Notes under the pieces: generated by a model
The model's input: only the letters and a program-made list of their open reading frames with translations
Databases searched by the model: none
Told to the model about the DNA's origin: nothing
Made by a program: the position numbers and the translations under genes
Assembly (NCBI GenBank): GCA_012295275.1
Contig: CM022670.1
Span: 26,784,001-26,848,000, forward strand
From: Chrysomallon squamiferum
Taxonomy: Eukaryota; Animalia; Mollusca
Reading direction: 5' to 3'
DNA: 64,000 bases
Part shown: positions 1-40,209 of the stretch, in pieces
How the letters are laid out: each line of letters begins with the position of its first letter
Numbering within the stretch: the stretch's first letter is position 1

Positions 1-3000
1 AATAAAAATAAAGTAATGTAAATAATAGTAATAATAACAACTACAATACAATTTGAAATACGTTAATGCTTTTTATTACTCTCAATACTTCTAAACTTTG
101 GTTTTGTTACAGCGGTTGCAGATGTCTGAGACTTTGAGAATAATATTTTCTTTAGCACTAGACCCTCTTAACTGTTCTCAGTATCGAAACCATTAAAACA
201 CAATCCATTGTTTGTGATGTAAATTATCGTCTGTGTTTGACTAACAGCTTACAGACATGTCAGTAAAATAAATATTATTGGATTTTAAAGTTGAATTACT
301 ACAGCCATAAATCAGTACAACAGAGCATTTTGGGAAAGTAAATATTACTGATTATTAAGGTGTATATGCAACTTACACAAAATTATTGCAGAAAGGATTT
401 CAGAATAACTAAATGATATAGTTTAATTTATATAAAAATTATTTAATCAGAAAGTTATATAAACATCTTTCATACAAGTAAGACAGTATTTAATAAACTT
501 ATTCAACAATTACTTTAAACCTGTTCTTTGTGACGAAAGAGTCGAAGTAGCTCGAGCGTCACCACGCATATATATAAATACGCACGCACACACACACACA
601 CACACACACTTCTTCTTTTTAAAAGAGTAAAAGAGAAACACTTTTGCATCAGAGATAAAAATAGTCGCGTGACATCCTGTACAGAAGTCAGCGTTGATAC
701 GAAAGACGTTCAGCCAGGGTCAACCAGATCATAAACGCCTGTATGCTGGAGACTCTGCACGGCAGATTAACACTTACTTATTTTTTGTTTTTCTTTATTT
801 TCTTCACGCGTGTACTTAAAAAACGATAACAGTGAAACGTTAACAATGAATCAGTCTGTGTGGTCACTGTGTCGAGATTTGACCAGCGGTGAAAGGCCAA
901 ATCTCTCGTCTTTACAATGTAAAATACAAACTGTCGAGGACACATCACAAATTTCAGGTAATCTCGTCAAACTTTTGACAACTTGATCTGTTGACCAAGC
1001 ATCTAGACATTTGATCCGTCTTATTTGATTAATTTCAAATTAATTTTGGCAACGATTCTTTTATTTTTTCCATCCCCCTTTTTAAGTTCAATAGCAGTGG
1101 GACAGGTATTTTAATGAATTATACAAAAATTTTAACTCGGATTACAAGTCTCGAGATGTCTATCAACTCGATTGTTCTGAATGCAGTCTGAAAATTCTGC
1201 CATTTCTTTGCTTTCTCTATTGTTTATGCGGTTGTTGTTTTTTCTTATATATATATATATATATATGTCTTTTTTTCCAGTTTTGGGGTTTTTTTGGTCA
1301 ACAATCACAACACATTTGCTTATTACAGCAAATCTTTATTCTGGTCTAGTTAAAATTAATAACTAGTTAACAAGGAGAAAAAGAGGCAAACAAGTTGAAA
1401 AGAAAAGACTGTTCTGATCATATGTGACAAGCGTTTCCTTCTTGCATTCAACTAGATGAACTGTCATTACAGTAAGATATTAAACAGCATCTAAGACTTC
1501 CAATGTCAAATAAAAACATTCACAGCCTTGAACAGCAAGAAGAAAGACGAAAGACAAGTAAACAGATGTCAAAGAGGTCAGCCAAGGGATGCCACCACCA
1601 AAACCTTTGTTTGCTGCTGGCCATGGTTCTAGCCGATACCAAACTCGCGTCTGCCTGTCAGTTAAACAAGACAGTTCTTCGTAACACGCACTAGGTGGAG
1701 ATAAATGGAGGAGCGAGTCTGATCAATACGGCTATGCCAGACCCATCTGCCTTTCAAAAAGGTTCCATTATATATCTTCTTGATTATTCAAAAAAAAAAA
1801 AAAAAAAAAAAAAAAATCTATGTTATTATTTTTATTTAAATGTTAATATCATAACTTATCCTTTCACCAAAATGCAAACTATAAAAAGATGATATTATTA
1901 ATAATTAAAACAACCAAAATAGAAAAACGTCTGACTGCTGTGCATGGTGTCAAATGAAACATCTTATAATACTTTAAGTATCATTTGCCGATCATGGCAA
2001 GGGCTTTAAAAACACTGAGTATCTTAACATGACAAAAAGCTGTCCCGACAGGACGAGTGTGACACAGAGGCATGTTAACAGCTTAAAGTCCGTGTATTTC
2101 CTGCTTTGTACACAAATAACCCGATGATGACCCTGTATTATAAAGGTGTTTGACAGATATATTTTGTATAAACTGGTGACGAGTGAATTGTCAGTAGTTC
2201 ATCTTGTAACACATTTCGTGCAGATGTACTCAAAGCCTGCATTAATGAATTAATATTTGATACAGGTGTGCACTGATTCTTTGGTCCTATCAAATTACAC
2301 GTTGTTGATTTTCTTCGTTTGACTTCATATAGTATCTTATTAAATAAACTGACTGAGAAATGTACAGAGTGAATTCATTAAATACAGTTTAAATTGAAAA
2401 AAAAAAAAAGTGAATAAATAAGTAAATGCCTAAGGAACTGAAAAGCCCCAAACAGAAAACACATTCTGAATTACGTTCAATTTACTGTCTGCCTGGAGCA
2501 GCATCTAAGAGTTCCAAAAACATGATCCAGTCTTTGATGCCGCTGTGAAAAACTAAAGAAAACCTTTTGAGACCGTATTTGCTAAGGCAAGGCCGCAATT
2601 TTGTTGTCATGGGTCTCAAAACATTTCTGCTGCATAAACAAAGAGCTGAATAAACTAAACAAATTGCCACGTATCATCTTTCCAAAGAACAGCACCTGAT
2701 CGCTAGCATATTAGTTGACTGACGGTAAACATGTGGCCCCTTTGAAGACCCATTGTAAAATCCTCAACACGGACTGGCGGCTATGCTCTCTAAAAAGAAT
2801 TACCGTTAAATATTATTTGCAAAGAATCTTTCTCATTCCGTTCAAATTACAAAGATAACTTTTTCTTAAAAGCTTGTCATCAAGGTTATGTCTTATCAAC
2901 TGATTATAGTCCGTGACTGGCTAATTCTGAGGATTTTAATGCCAGGAATAAGTGGATGTCTCCGATTTCAGATGATTCGTTAATAGAAATTCATCAAAAC

Positions 3001-6000
3001 TAAATTGTCCAAAATCGCATACATCAATAAAACTATTTGAACAAAACTAACCCAGTGTAATTATTAATCACTGTGGAGCAGATTAATAAGGATACTTGTA
3101 AGTTTGTTACCGTATCCTAGATGGCAGCACCCAGCTGCTCTTCGCGGCTTCGAACCACTTTAATCATTATTTTAACAATGACTTAGCAATGGAAGCTCCT
3201 TAAGGCACGAACAAATCTCATTTCAGACTTAATTATAATATTCTGAATCAGCTGTGTATACCTGGCGTCAATTTATGTTAACATTTAGCGACAGTTAAAT
3301 ATGATTTACACATTCTCATTCGACCATGTGTCGTTCTGTTATTAAAAGTCGCGACAATGGAACGCACCTTTGGCAACAAGTCTTTGTAAAACGAACGATT
3401 TTATAGGCACTGTGTTCAAGATGCCGTCTTTTAAACGCGATGTCATTCATTATTATGCTTATTCTGTCATTCAGCCAAAGTTGTAAATGCCAATCATTTT
3501 GCCTTTTATGGCGTTCAGCAATCATGATTTTATTAAAGTCGCGAAGTGCACTGGTGATGTGAAAAAATAAAAATAAAAATAACTGAGTGAATAAATGGAT
3601 GGTTTGGTTACTGACACTCCAGCGGCTTTTACATGTCAGATGGTTATTGTATTAATAAAATCTGAAGCAGGAAATCCAATGACTGTCTCTTCTGTTACAA
3701 AACAACTGCAAGTACATGTCTAGGTGTAATTCCCCACCGGCTGAAGGTTATGGAGCAATTGGTAAAACGGGAAACATTCCAGGATTTGTTATCCTTGAAT
3801 GTGCGCTCGCCCACCTTGCAGTGTTGTCACCACTCACTATCATAGTGTGACCCCTCCCTACGACTGGTGGGCGTTTACCTGTGTGCAGCTGTTTTCTAGT
3901 TCGAATTCCATGTTGTGATAACGTGTATGACACATATTGCTGTTTACGTTTTACAGAATTATCATAATATTACTGCATAGTTTAATTGTAAAAGAAAGTA
4001 TGTTGACGTTCATCTGGAATAGTAACGTTTACTCATAGTGCATAATATTACTTAGCTTTACTTTGATTTTCAGTAGCGTTCAGTTTCTTTCACAATTTCA
4101 TTTCTATATAATATATATATATATATTTTTAAAACTGATTACTGCTGAAAAAAAAGAGAATGTTTTTAAAAAAAAACAAAAAACAAACAAACAAGGAAAC
4201 ATTAGTGTTAAATAAAATAAGAAATGTTATTGCGAACAGTCATAAAACTGTACTGAGAACGTTTATCGCTCGACTGGTCACCTTGTCCAGACTTACTGAT
4301 ATTCACGACTGAGATTGGAGGAGCGGTAGCTGGAAGAAATACCAGTCGGAATTTCCAGAAGATAACGATAATCAAGATTATATCAAAAGTAGAAATACGT
4401 CACAGTAACTACATTTCTTTCAATTGCTAAGCTCCCCGACACTCCTCAATATTTTAACTATACTCACTTCAAAGCACTCACCGATCATCTTTATTACTTA
4501 TGTGACAATAACGTCGCGCTTCAAAGTATATCAACAATGGTACACAGCTGTAGCCGTGTATGCATAACACATAAATCAAAGTCGGAATATATTACTAAAA
4601 TATTTGTACAAACAATGTAATGATGGACTTGATGACCGCCGATAGTCCGTAAAGTGTTGTGTTTTTTTTTCCGAGCCGTTTCATTTGATTACTATTACTG
4701 TTTAAATTTATATTTATTTAAATAGTGATTACTTCAAAAAGTTTATTTTGAAGATCTGTTAAATGATAATACAGGATTCTGTTTTTCATTTTTTTTTTTA
4801 CCATTCTGGTCAGTTCTCCATATACTGTAGATCACAAGCCATGGATGATGCTGTTTAAAGGATGATGTATATGTGTGTATATATATATATAAATTCCTTA
4901 CAGCTAAATGATAACAGCATTTCATGGAGTGGCGGTAATAAATTTCCGCTCCGTATCATTATCATAACTGTACAACACGTGTAAGTGATTAGTAACAATC
5001 GTTAACATTAAGATGAAGTGAAATACTCGTTCATTCAAATTTGAAGTTGCTTTGCATATTGGCGTTTCTCCAAATTACACCAGTTATTTTCTTTTTGTTG
5101 TTGTTGTTTGGTTTTTTTGTTTATTTAAATTTGAAATTATTACAGTCGCCCATCTCGAAAAGTATGAATAAATATGATAAGTCAATGAACTGTTAGTGTC
5201 TGTGCAACTGTGTCTGTCTGTCTCTTTGTTGTATGTGTGAGTCATTGCCCTCAGACTTCCATTCGGAATAAACAACGAATCTTTAGACTAAAGGAACATT
5301 AAAAACAAAAATTCTGACCAGGCATCAGTGTAACATCGAGACTTGTTGTTTTTATTGCTCTGAACACCAATAAAATACTGTTAATATATAAACAGACCGT
5401 AGTGGACAATGCTTTGTCAAGATTAATATTATAATACTATACATGACAGTGTATAAATGGAAACACAAGTTTTATTCTTGCTTTCTACCAAAACAATAAC
5501 TGTTTTCTAAACGTCAGAAACTTTCTTTTTACAACAGGAGAGAAAAAAATTTCTTCTTACTCGTTCTGACCTGTGTTCTTACAACAGTTTTGTACATGAT
5601 AAACACATTTGTCGTTATGAAAGAATTCTGGTTTTATAATTTGTTGTGTCTTAGAAAAAAAAAAAACGTTGCTTAAGTTACTGAAATTAGATACCTTAAA
5701 AAGAATAATAAAAAAAAACAAACTAAATAAACTAAACAAAAATAAATGTATCTAATCCAGCATGCAAGTGATCAGCTGCAGATTATTTTGAAACTCGAAT
5801 TTTTGCTCTATAACATGCTTCGTGCACACGGTTTCGGAGACTATCTAATACGTGTTTAACGAACCACTAATAAATGGCATGTACGTAGTGGTACAGTAAG
5901 TCGAAATACGAGACGTCATTGAAAGCACTTCATATCGTTCTGCAATCTGTCATCAAAGAACATTGTCCAAGCAAACTAGTGTGAAATTGGAGTCTTCTGC

Positions 6001-7372
6001 TTGGCGAATACATGAAACGCATCTTAACCAGCGGCTGGAAAGTAATGCTTGACCTTGTTCAGATACACTCTTATCCAGTCTCTCAATTGCGTGTCGAGAT
6101 AGGAATCTTGAATTCTAATGTCTTCTTTGTATATTGTAATGAAGGTAAACAAATAGGTGTGCAAGTGAAAAACCTTCTCCTTGAGATCACGATAAGACAG
6201 ACGTCATCTGAGGTTACAGAAGGTTGAAAAGGGTGTTAAAACGAACGTATAAGTTTAACAGGTTTCATTCCAACATGGCTTCTGATATGAGAAATGTACA
6301 ATAAAAAATTACTCACGTAAACAACTTTAAGATAACTGCAGAGATTTGCAATAACTGTTATGTGTAAACTAATTTTTTTCCGATTCATAAATTGAATTAT
6401 CCATTATATTGGTTTCGAACTCGATTACCTGTTGTCCTTGTAATACAGAGTATGAGAAGCGGATTTTTTTTCGTTTTATTGTATTCAAAAATGTACTAAA
6501 TCACATTTTTGTATTCAGTAAAACGAAGAAAAAATATAAGTTCCAAAACTTTAGAGTTTGTCCAATTTGTTTTGTGTTTCATGCTGTTTCGCAATACTGA
6601 AAATAAATAACAACTGACAAATTCCTAAAGTGATACGTTACACATTACAGCCTTTTTGCCTCATTGTCTGTCAAGGGTCGTTTTAGTCGCTATGCCACTT
6701 GAGGTAAACGATGGCATTATATATATTTCATTGTGCATAATTGTAAAAACATTATCATTATACTTGTATATACTGTCTCCATTGAATTCTCTATTTACTC
6801 GTTAACGTTAAAACCTTTCCAAATAAAAACAGAATACAGCAAAGTTACAAGTACCAACGTAATTGGGAAATCAAAATCGTTTCGAGACGCGATTTACTCG
6901 AACTATTCTACAAAAGAACTCATAACAAAAAGACCACTTCAGCGTTCAGAATTTACAGTAAGCGAAGCTGAGTGTATTGAGTAATGTACTTAAGACCGTT
7001 ATCCAATAACCAATTGCCACTCAGTCGCCATAGTGACAGAAATAACAGTCTTAAAACGCTGGCTTTAAACAGTATTTTATTTGTTACGTTGATTACGTAA
7101 CGTTATCAGATGAAGAACTGTTTGATTAACTATAAAGCCGTCGTTTTAGTCTTCGTCGTATAGGCATTTTCACGTTTCGTAACCTGCTTTAATACCGTTA
7201 TGGGCAACAAGAGAAAACTCTGTGGAGATCAAAAGGTTATGTCCATTAAAGTTATACCTGAACCTTGAATGGGACAGGGTCACCACAATGTTCATTCATT
7301 ATTTAAATATGGTGGATATATTGGTTACGTACAGTCCATAAGGTTTCAAAAAGATGCACGGTATTTTATTTA

Positions 7373-7403
<31 letters not shown>

Positions 7404-7555
7404 CATGAAATGTGATCAAGAAAAAAATCAAATGCAAGTTGCCCCGCGAGAAAAATAGCCTACAATTAAACATAATATATATGGGTCCTAAACTGCATGC
7501 TATATAATGATGTCATGCTATATAACCGTAGAGATAAAACTTGACTTCATTTTTA

Positions 7556-33994
<26,439 letters not shown>

Positions 33995-35585
33995 TTAAAC
34001 CTGCGAAGTTACTCTCGTTTTTTTTTTTTCCTTTTTTTCTCAACTAATATAAGTTAACTGTATTAACATCCCATTCCAAACAGGTATGCCTATAATATTT
34101 CAGTCAGTTTTGAGAAATAAAGGATATATTATGGTGTACAGCTTAATGTTCCTTAAAAACCAGCAGCAGAGTGAACAATGTAAAAGTTGTGGCTGTAATG
34201 TAATTCCTCTGGTCGTTGAGGTGGAATAATTCCGTCACTCCCAAATGTTTGGGACCTAAAAAAAGAGAAAACATATTAGTAAAGAGCTGAGGAATGTATT
34301 TTTTTTATTTACTATTTTTTAATTTTAAATGTACAGGGTCTATATAAACGATGTTTATAATCAAAGATAATTCTCACGCTCTGCCTCCCAGGCTTTCACA
34401 AAAGTCCCATTCTTGCGAACAGAAGCCACGGTTAGGAAGCGAGGACAAGATTGAGATACAATACAAACAACGGATCCGTCAGCTTTTTCATATTATCCGG
34501 AGAAACCGACGAACCGACAGCGGGCTGTGCAAGTGTTACTCGTTTGGTGGATTTAGAACCGTAAAATGAAAATGTGTGACAGTATTCGCTCCAGTCTCCA
34601 CTAATTGGAGGTTAAGTGAAGCTGAACATGATTGGAGAGCTTATGTTACATTAACACTTACAATGCAAGCCCATACTGTAGGAAATACAAAAGCACTGAA
34701 GCATGTTGTCGAAACTAATTGTAATTCACCATAAGCTTCTGTGGGGGTAATCTGTGATAGCAACAGCCAGTTGTAAAAGATTCTTGATTTTCATCTACAT
34801 TCTGTGTAAATAATATATTATGTGTACTTTCTTGAATTTATTTTTAATGATGTAGGATATATTTCAAGTGATCATAATCACCTGACACCGTATACCTATG
34901 AAATATTAATATTGACTAAGAAAATAAATAAATAATGAAGAATACAAACAAAACAAATAAAATATATATACACAAACGTGCACGCACAATAAATAAATAA
35001 ATAAAAGCACCAATATAAAACGTGAACCGAAGCAATATTACTTTCTGTATTCAACACAACGCGCTCCAGTCACACATATATGTTGCACATACCCTCATAT
35101 TTAATCTGCCTATCACTAGATTTGTAGACCACGGCCACAGCTGTTGTGATAGTAGCGTGCCGTCAATAACTGGGCCATCGTCTGCTTGTAATCATAGACA
35201 TACATCTACGTACACAGGTGCTCCAATAAACACCGAGAAGGAGATTTTTTTTTCTTTTCTGCGACTAGCCAGTTCTCGATTTGTTTTAATTTTAAAAATA
35301 GAATTCTGTATTTTAATTTCAAGCAGTTATTAAGTTTGATTGTTAGGTATAAATATATCTGATATAATTTATGTCTAAAGAAAATTGTAATAATGAAGCT
35401 TTACAAAGTGTCTAGATACCAAAGTTATTTCTTCGATTATCTCTTAGTATAAATGTATTATTCTGAAACACACACACACACATTTACGTTCGTAAATAAT
35501 TGTATTCATATAACAATATAATTCATACTATGTGCACTATATTTACATAAGTAACTGTATACACCGACAAACACACCTAATTCAT

Positions 35586-35589
<4 letters not shown>

Positions 35590-35636
<47 letters not shown>
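35590..35636. repeat. (TA)n microsatellite
   Basis: Visible directly. Confidence 0.95.
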
Positions 35637-35644
<8 letters not shown>

Positions 35645-35909
35645 TACTTAAACATTTTGTTAACACTTATTATTAAAATAATAATACAAAAAAATAAATA
35701 AATAAATAAACTGAAAAGAAACGGAAGGCTTTATGTTGCTGTCAACATTTCTATCATGTTGGGTAACACAATAATGTAATTTAAAAAAACACAACCCAAA
35801 AAACTATAGGCTTTATTTTATTTATTTATTTATTTACTGAAACTCTTAACCCTACATCCAGCCAACATTTCTTCAAATGAATAAAATAATAAATAAATTA
35901 ACTGAACAA

Positions 35910-35941
<32 letters not shown>

Positions 35942-36082
35942 AAGTCCAGTAAAATAACGTAACAACAATGTATATCCTTGAAAAAAAAATAATAATGATA
36001 ATTAAACATAAAAGTATAAAAAAATAATAATAATAATAAAAAAAATAAATAAATAATTTATAAAATGAAGTTTGTGTACGTA

Positions 36083-36330
36083 CTAACAGCATGTCAAACT
36101 GGCCGATCCAGTCTCGCTAAAATACGCTCTTGGTCTCGCCTGTGTGCTCGTGCACAATGTAAACTCCGTGGGCAGACGACAGTTTGTACGAGAAAGCTGA
36201 TCGAGAAAGGGTGCGACACCCGAGGCAGGGATCAGCGGAAATAATCTCGTATCAAGTTATTCACGAGATTTTAAAGAATACGGCGACTTTCCTTGTGAGT
36301 CATTATATTTATAAAGATGGGGGTGAGCGT
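36083..36330 (-). promoter_or_regulatory. Candidate PLK core promoter and untranslated first exon
   Basis: Minus-strand TATAAATA at 36313-36306 and AP-1 site TGAGTCA at 36296-36302. A CpG-rich structured block follows, then a possible donor TTA|GTACGT at 36083 that could splice to the acceptor before 34000. Inferred from motifs only. Confidence 0.35.
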
Positions 36331-36357
36331 GACACAGTTTATGACCATTTAATGGTA

Positions 36358-36407
<50 letters not shown>

Positions 36408-37574
36408 TAAATATAACGAAGCGAATAAATATGAATAAAACTGATGTTATTTCTTAACTTGGACATAAATATAAATTTTGATGCATTCTGTTTAGGTGTC
36501 AAGCCATTCAAGATGTAGTCGAACAGTTATAAGCAGGGTTCGAAAAAAAAAAATTATACACACACGCATATGCCTATGTAAAAACGAGACGGACGAACGG
36601 ATATAATCTATATAAGAAAAATGATAATAAACTTTGATCTTACTTGTATTAAATATCAGCTCAGCTTTATATACCATCTATCACGAGACAAAAATTCAAT
36701 ACTAATCTTTTTTCTTTCGTTTCATTAAGACTTTAAATGGTTAAAAATAAGAACAACAAAACCCCCTAAACCTCCCAAGTCTCATCTCTATTTATATAAC
36801 CATGTCCTGTTATCGTTAGCATTATACAAATATTTATGAAACTTACGTGTAGTAACAGCTGCACTCAAAAATAATTTTAAATACGTATACATTTTCATGT
36901 ATTATTGTATGTTTAAACTGAAATATATAACAACAAATACAGGAAATAAAACTGTTAATATAACCTAACTAAAATACACTGTCTGAATATTAAAAATAAA
37001 AACCCGTTTTATCTGAATGTACACCCCTTTCGAAAATGCTAGTGGGTATGTATGCAGATAGGTATAAATAAATAGAACTCACTGTGAAAGTGTCCTGTGA
37101 ACTGTCCCATGCAATATCAAGCTGGTATCTAACCACTGGCTGTACGCTAACAACAATGTATATCCTAGAAAACCAACAACAGAAATGTCCCTCCTCTCTG
37201 GACGGAATCTCAAACGAGACTACAGTGTATGCAGTCAGGTGGGTCAGAGCGAATGGCCTTTGTAAACTTTGAATAGTGTCAGCTGACTTGGCTTTGCATT
37301 GACATTTCTGCTGCCGTTCGCATTGCTCAAGTCAGATGTAGTCACGCCCCGGAGAAGTTCTCACGGTCTAAAAATAGCAGCAGATTGACAACGTGACCCG
37401 TTCGCGGAAAGGTACTTTGTTTATATTTCAGAACAAACTTGTCTTAAATTATCTGGCCGTGAATATTGTATAAAACATTAATATTTTATGTGGAAGTTCA
37501 TTTCCCAAATGTAAAAACGGTTAAAATTTTAATAAAACAAAATCGGAAAAAAGGTTACGAAAACCTGTTGGTAG

Positions 37575-37622
37575 ATGTTTCCATATAAGGAAGTTTCCGT
37601 ACAATATGCCATATATGGAAAT
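37575..37622. promoter_or_regulatory. Double CArG box (SRF sites) with overlapping Ets-like GGAA cores
   Basis: CCATATAAGG at 37581-37590 and CCATATATGG at 37609-37618 are both perfect CC(A/T)6GG. AGGAAGT and GGAAAT overlap their right edges. The pair is upstream of the PLK2/3-like gene. Confidence 0.5.
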
Positions 37623-38089
37623 AAACGGACATACCCGATAAGCTTTCGGGTAATTTCGACTCTGACGGAGTCTGAATACACTTCGCTTGATAATGCTTAT
37701 TATCTTTCACATGTGCTAGGACATGCTCGGTTTATTTTGTGTTGGTTTATTTTATAACGCTTTGTAAATGTGTGTCGAAACAAAATCTCTGGATAATTCA
37801 TATCGTTTCACTGATCAAACAATGCTGTATTATATTATAATATTTATAAGGAAAGTGCGCATTAAAGCTATAAGGTATATCAGATATAAAACCCCCGCAT
37901 ATAAAAGTGACATTATTGGCATAAATAAAATTTATCAATAGAACTTAATAAACTCATGAATATTCACGAAATATATAGAATCACTGAGTAAAGTACACTG
38001 AAATTAATTCAATATATTTTTTTCCTCTTCTATTTCCATTGTACAGTGATAGTGAAGCGTATTATATACACACACAAATATCAGACAAG

Positions 38090-38091
<2 letters not shown>

Positions 38092-38181
<90 letters not shown>
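38092..38181. repeat. (CT)n microsatellite
   Basis: ~90-bp perfect tract. Confidence 0.97.
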
Positions 38182-38184
<3 letters not shown>

Positions 38185-38623
38185 CTATATGTGCGTATAT
38201 ATAAAAATGAAAACAGTCAGAAATGAAACAGAAACATACACAAACAATTCGAGTTTTAGAACGAAAAAGCTGAAATTAATCTTATGAGAAAAAAAAAATT
38301 GCCTTTCCAATTTTCAAGTTTTAATTATTTCGAAATGATGAATGTGTGTGAAATGTTATTCAAAATGAACTCGTAAACTTGATGGGAGGAAAGGAAAAAA
38401 GAAAGAAAGAAAGAAAAAAAACATTTGTTAGATATGTGCAGAACACATGTTCTGTGTATTATGTTCACAAATTCGCTGAGAGATTAAAGTGTTAAGTTCA
38501 GATTTCCTAATTTAGGGAGGGGGGAGTATATAGAAATTTTTTTTTTTTTTTTTTAGTCTGTATATCAGAGATTTTATGATAGTTGTGTTTCTTTGTCTGA
38601 ATCTATCAACAATATTCATATTG

Positions 38624-38663
<40 letters not shown>

Positions 38664-38772
38664 TTCTCCTTGTATGTCAGTAATAATAATAATAATAAAT
38701 TAAAATAATGAAGAGAATAACAATAAAATTAGTTAGGACAATGAATAAATATCTTTTGCTAATTAGCAAATC

Positions 38773-38821
<49 letters not shown>

Positions 38822-40043
38822 TAGCAGTAGCAATAGCAGTGGTAGTAGTAGTAGCAGCAGCAGCAGTGATAGTGGTAGCAGTAGTATAATATTTATTAAG
38901 CAAAATTCAATTTATTGCTACTATTTAGCTGTATATTCATATTCATGATGAAATTAAATGAAACCAAATGGACAGAAATCTAGCTGTATATAATGATTTG
39001 ATAACGACGAGGTGTATTAAGTAAAATATCACACAGATACAGTTTATTCGTGTATCTAAATAGGAGTTCAAAATGATAAGATAGCAGTCTAATTATAAAA
39101 TGTACTTCCTGGATCGTGCATGCTTTCCTTATTATCAGTCTCAGGCACAGACCCGCTTGTGTGGAACACAGTTTGTGTTCCATATTAAATTACACATCGT
39201 GTTTAAACATCTCTCCTTTGCTCTGGATATTAAATATTACAAATATTTATACACTGCACAAAACACTCGTATTATTATCTCACCTTCATTTACTATGGTT
39301 TTTTTTTCCACCCCTTCTCTCTCTATATCTCTCTCTAACACACACACACAGGCGCTCATATGCAGATACATCTGCTATATCAGCAAATGCAAAACAGATT
39401 ACTGATGACATTTAAAAAACCTGAAAAAATGTAGTCATACGCACGAACTGTTCACAATAATAATCATCCTCATGTATATTCAAAGAGACGTACGTATATA
39501 CATTCAAAGAAAATATGAAAAAAAAATACTTGAGTAATTTAGTTTAGACTTGCTGACCACTGCAGTAAACCTTTAAACCCTTGTAAGACGTTTTAATAGG
39601 ATTAAAGTTATACAACGACCGCTTGAATCATGGGCCCTTCCAAGTGCATCGGTTCATTTTAAGGCTGATAACTATTACTGCATAGCATGCGCGAAAGTAA
39701 CGCGATGCTCAAGCTCTGCTGAGTTGTCGCCATGGTAGTAATCACTGAACCGTTACGTCGAGCTCAACCGTCCAAGTCAGCTTTATATTTAGAAATGTTC
39801 AGCTATAAACCGAAATAGAAACAAATGCGAATAAAATGTATTCATAAATAGTGATATTTGTAATAATCGTCGACGTCATCATTATTATTATTACGTTTTT
39901 TGTTGCTTTTCCTGCTGCTTATTTTTTTTTAAATTTTTTTTTTTGTTCCTGCTTATATAGGCCTATAAGTAAATACGCAAAATCACTAATGTAAGTATCT
40001 TTATTTATTTATTTATTCATTTTTAATTGCATTTAGCTTATCA

Positions 40044-40209
40044 GATACGGACATCAGTTTGCAGACGTATTAATTTTATGTAATAATAATAAAATTATAA
40101 AATTAAGGTTGTAAATAAAAAGTCGCCGAGTATTCAAGGGGAAATCGATGAGGGTTATTGCACCACAAGTTTCTACTGCTTATATAGATTTATTTTTACT
40201 CTATCTATC
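40044..40209 (+). promoter_or_regulatory. Upstream promoter of ncRNA copy A (distal block, PSE-position motif, TATA)
   Basis: Blocks shared with the copy B upstream region: GATACGRACATCAGTTTGCWGAC, AAAGTC..GTATTC, TATTGCACCACA, TTATATAGATTTATTTTT. Confidence 0.55.

Noticed and set aside
2482-2545. Exon-like segment (tttttcacag ... gtaaat) with IMFLEL in one frame
   Set aside because: It is too short and does not match the expected kinase subdomain III-V sequence in the phase required after exon 2.
3316-3525. Minus-strand ORF containing IMNDIAFKRRHLEHSAYKIVRF, vaguely like the next PLK exon (ILNEIELHRDLQHRHIVRF)
   Set aside because: It needs several indels, lacks the conserved helix-C Glu and LE.C motifs, and has no in-frame acceptor with a pyrimidine tract. 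Treated as chance.
36276-36290. AAAGTCGCCG(AG)TATTC shared between the candidate PLK promoter (minus strand) and 40119-40136
   Set aside because: It is a single short gapped match in a different position relative to TATA and cannot be distinguished from chance.
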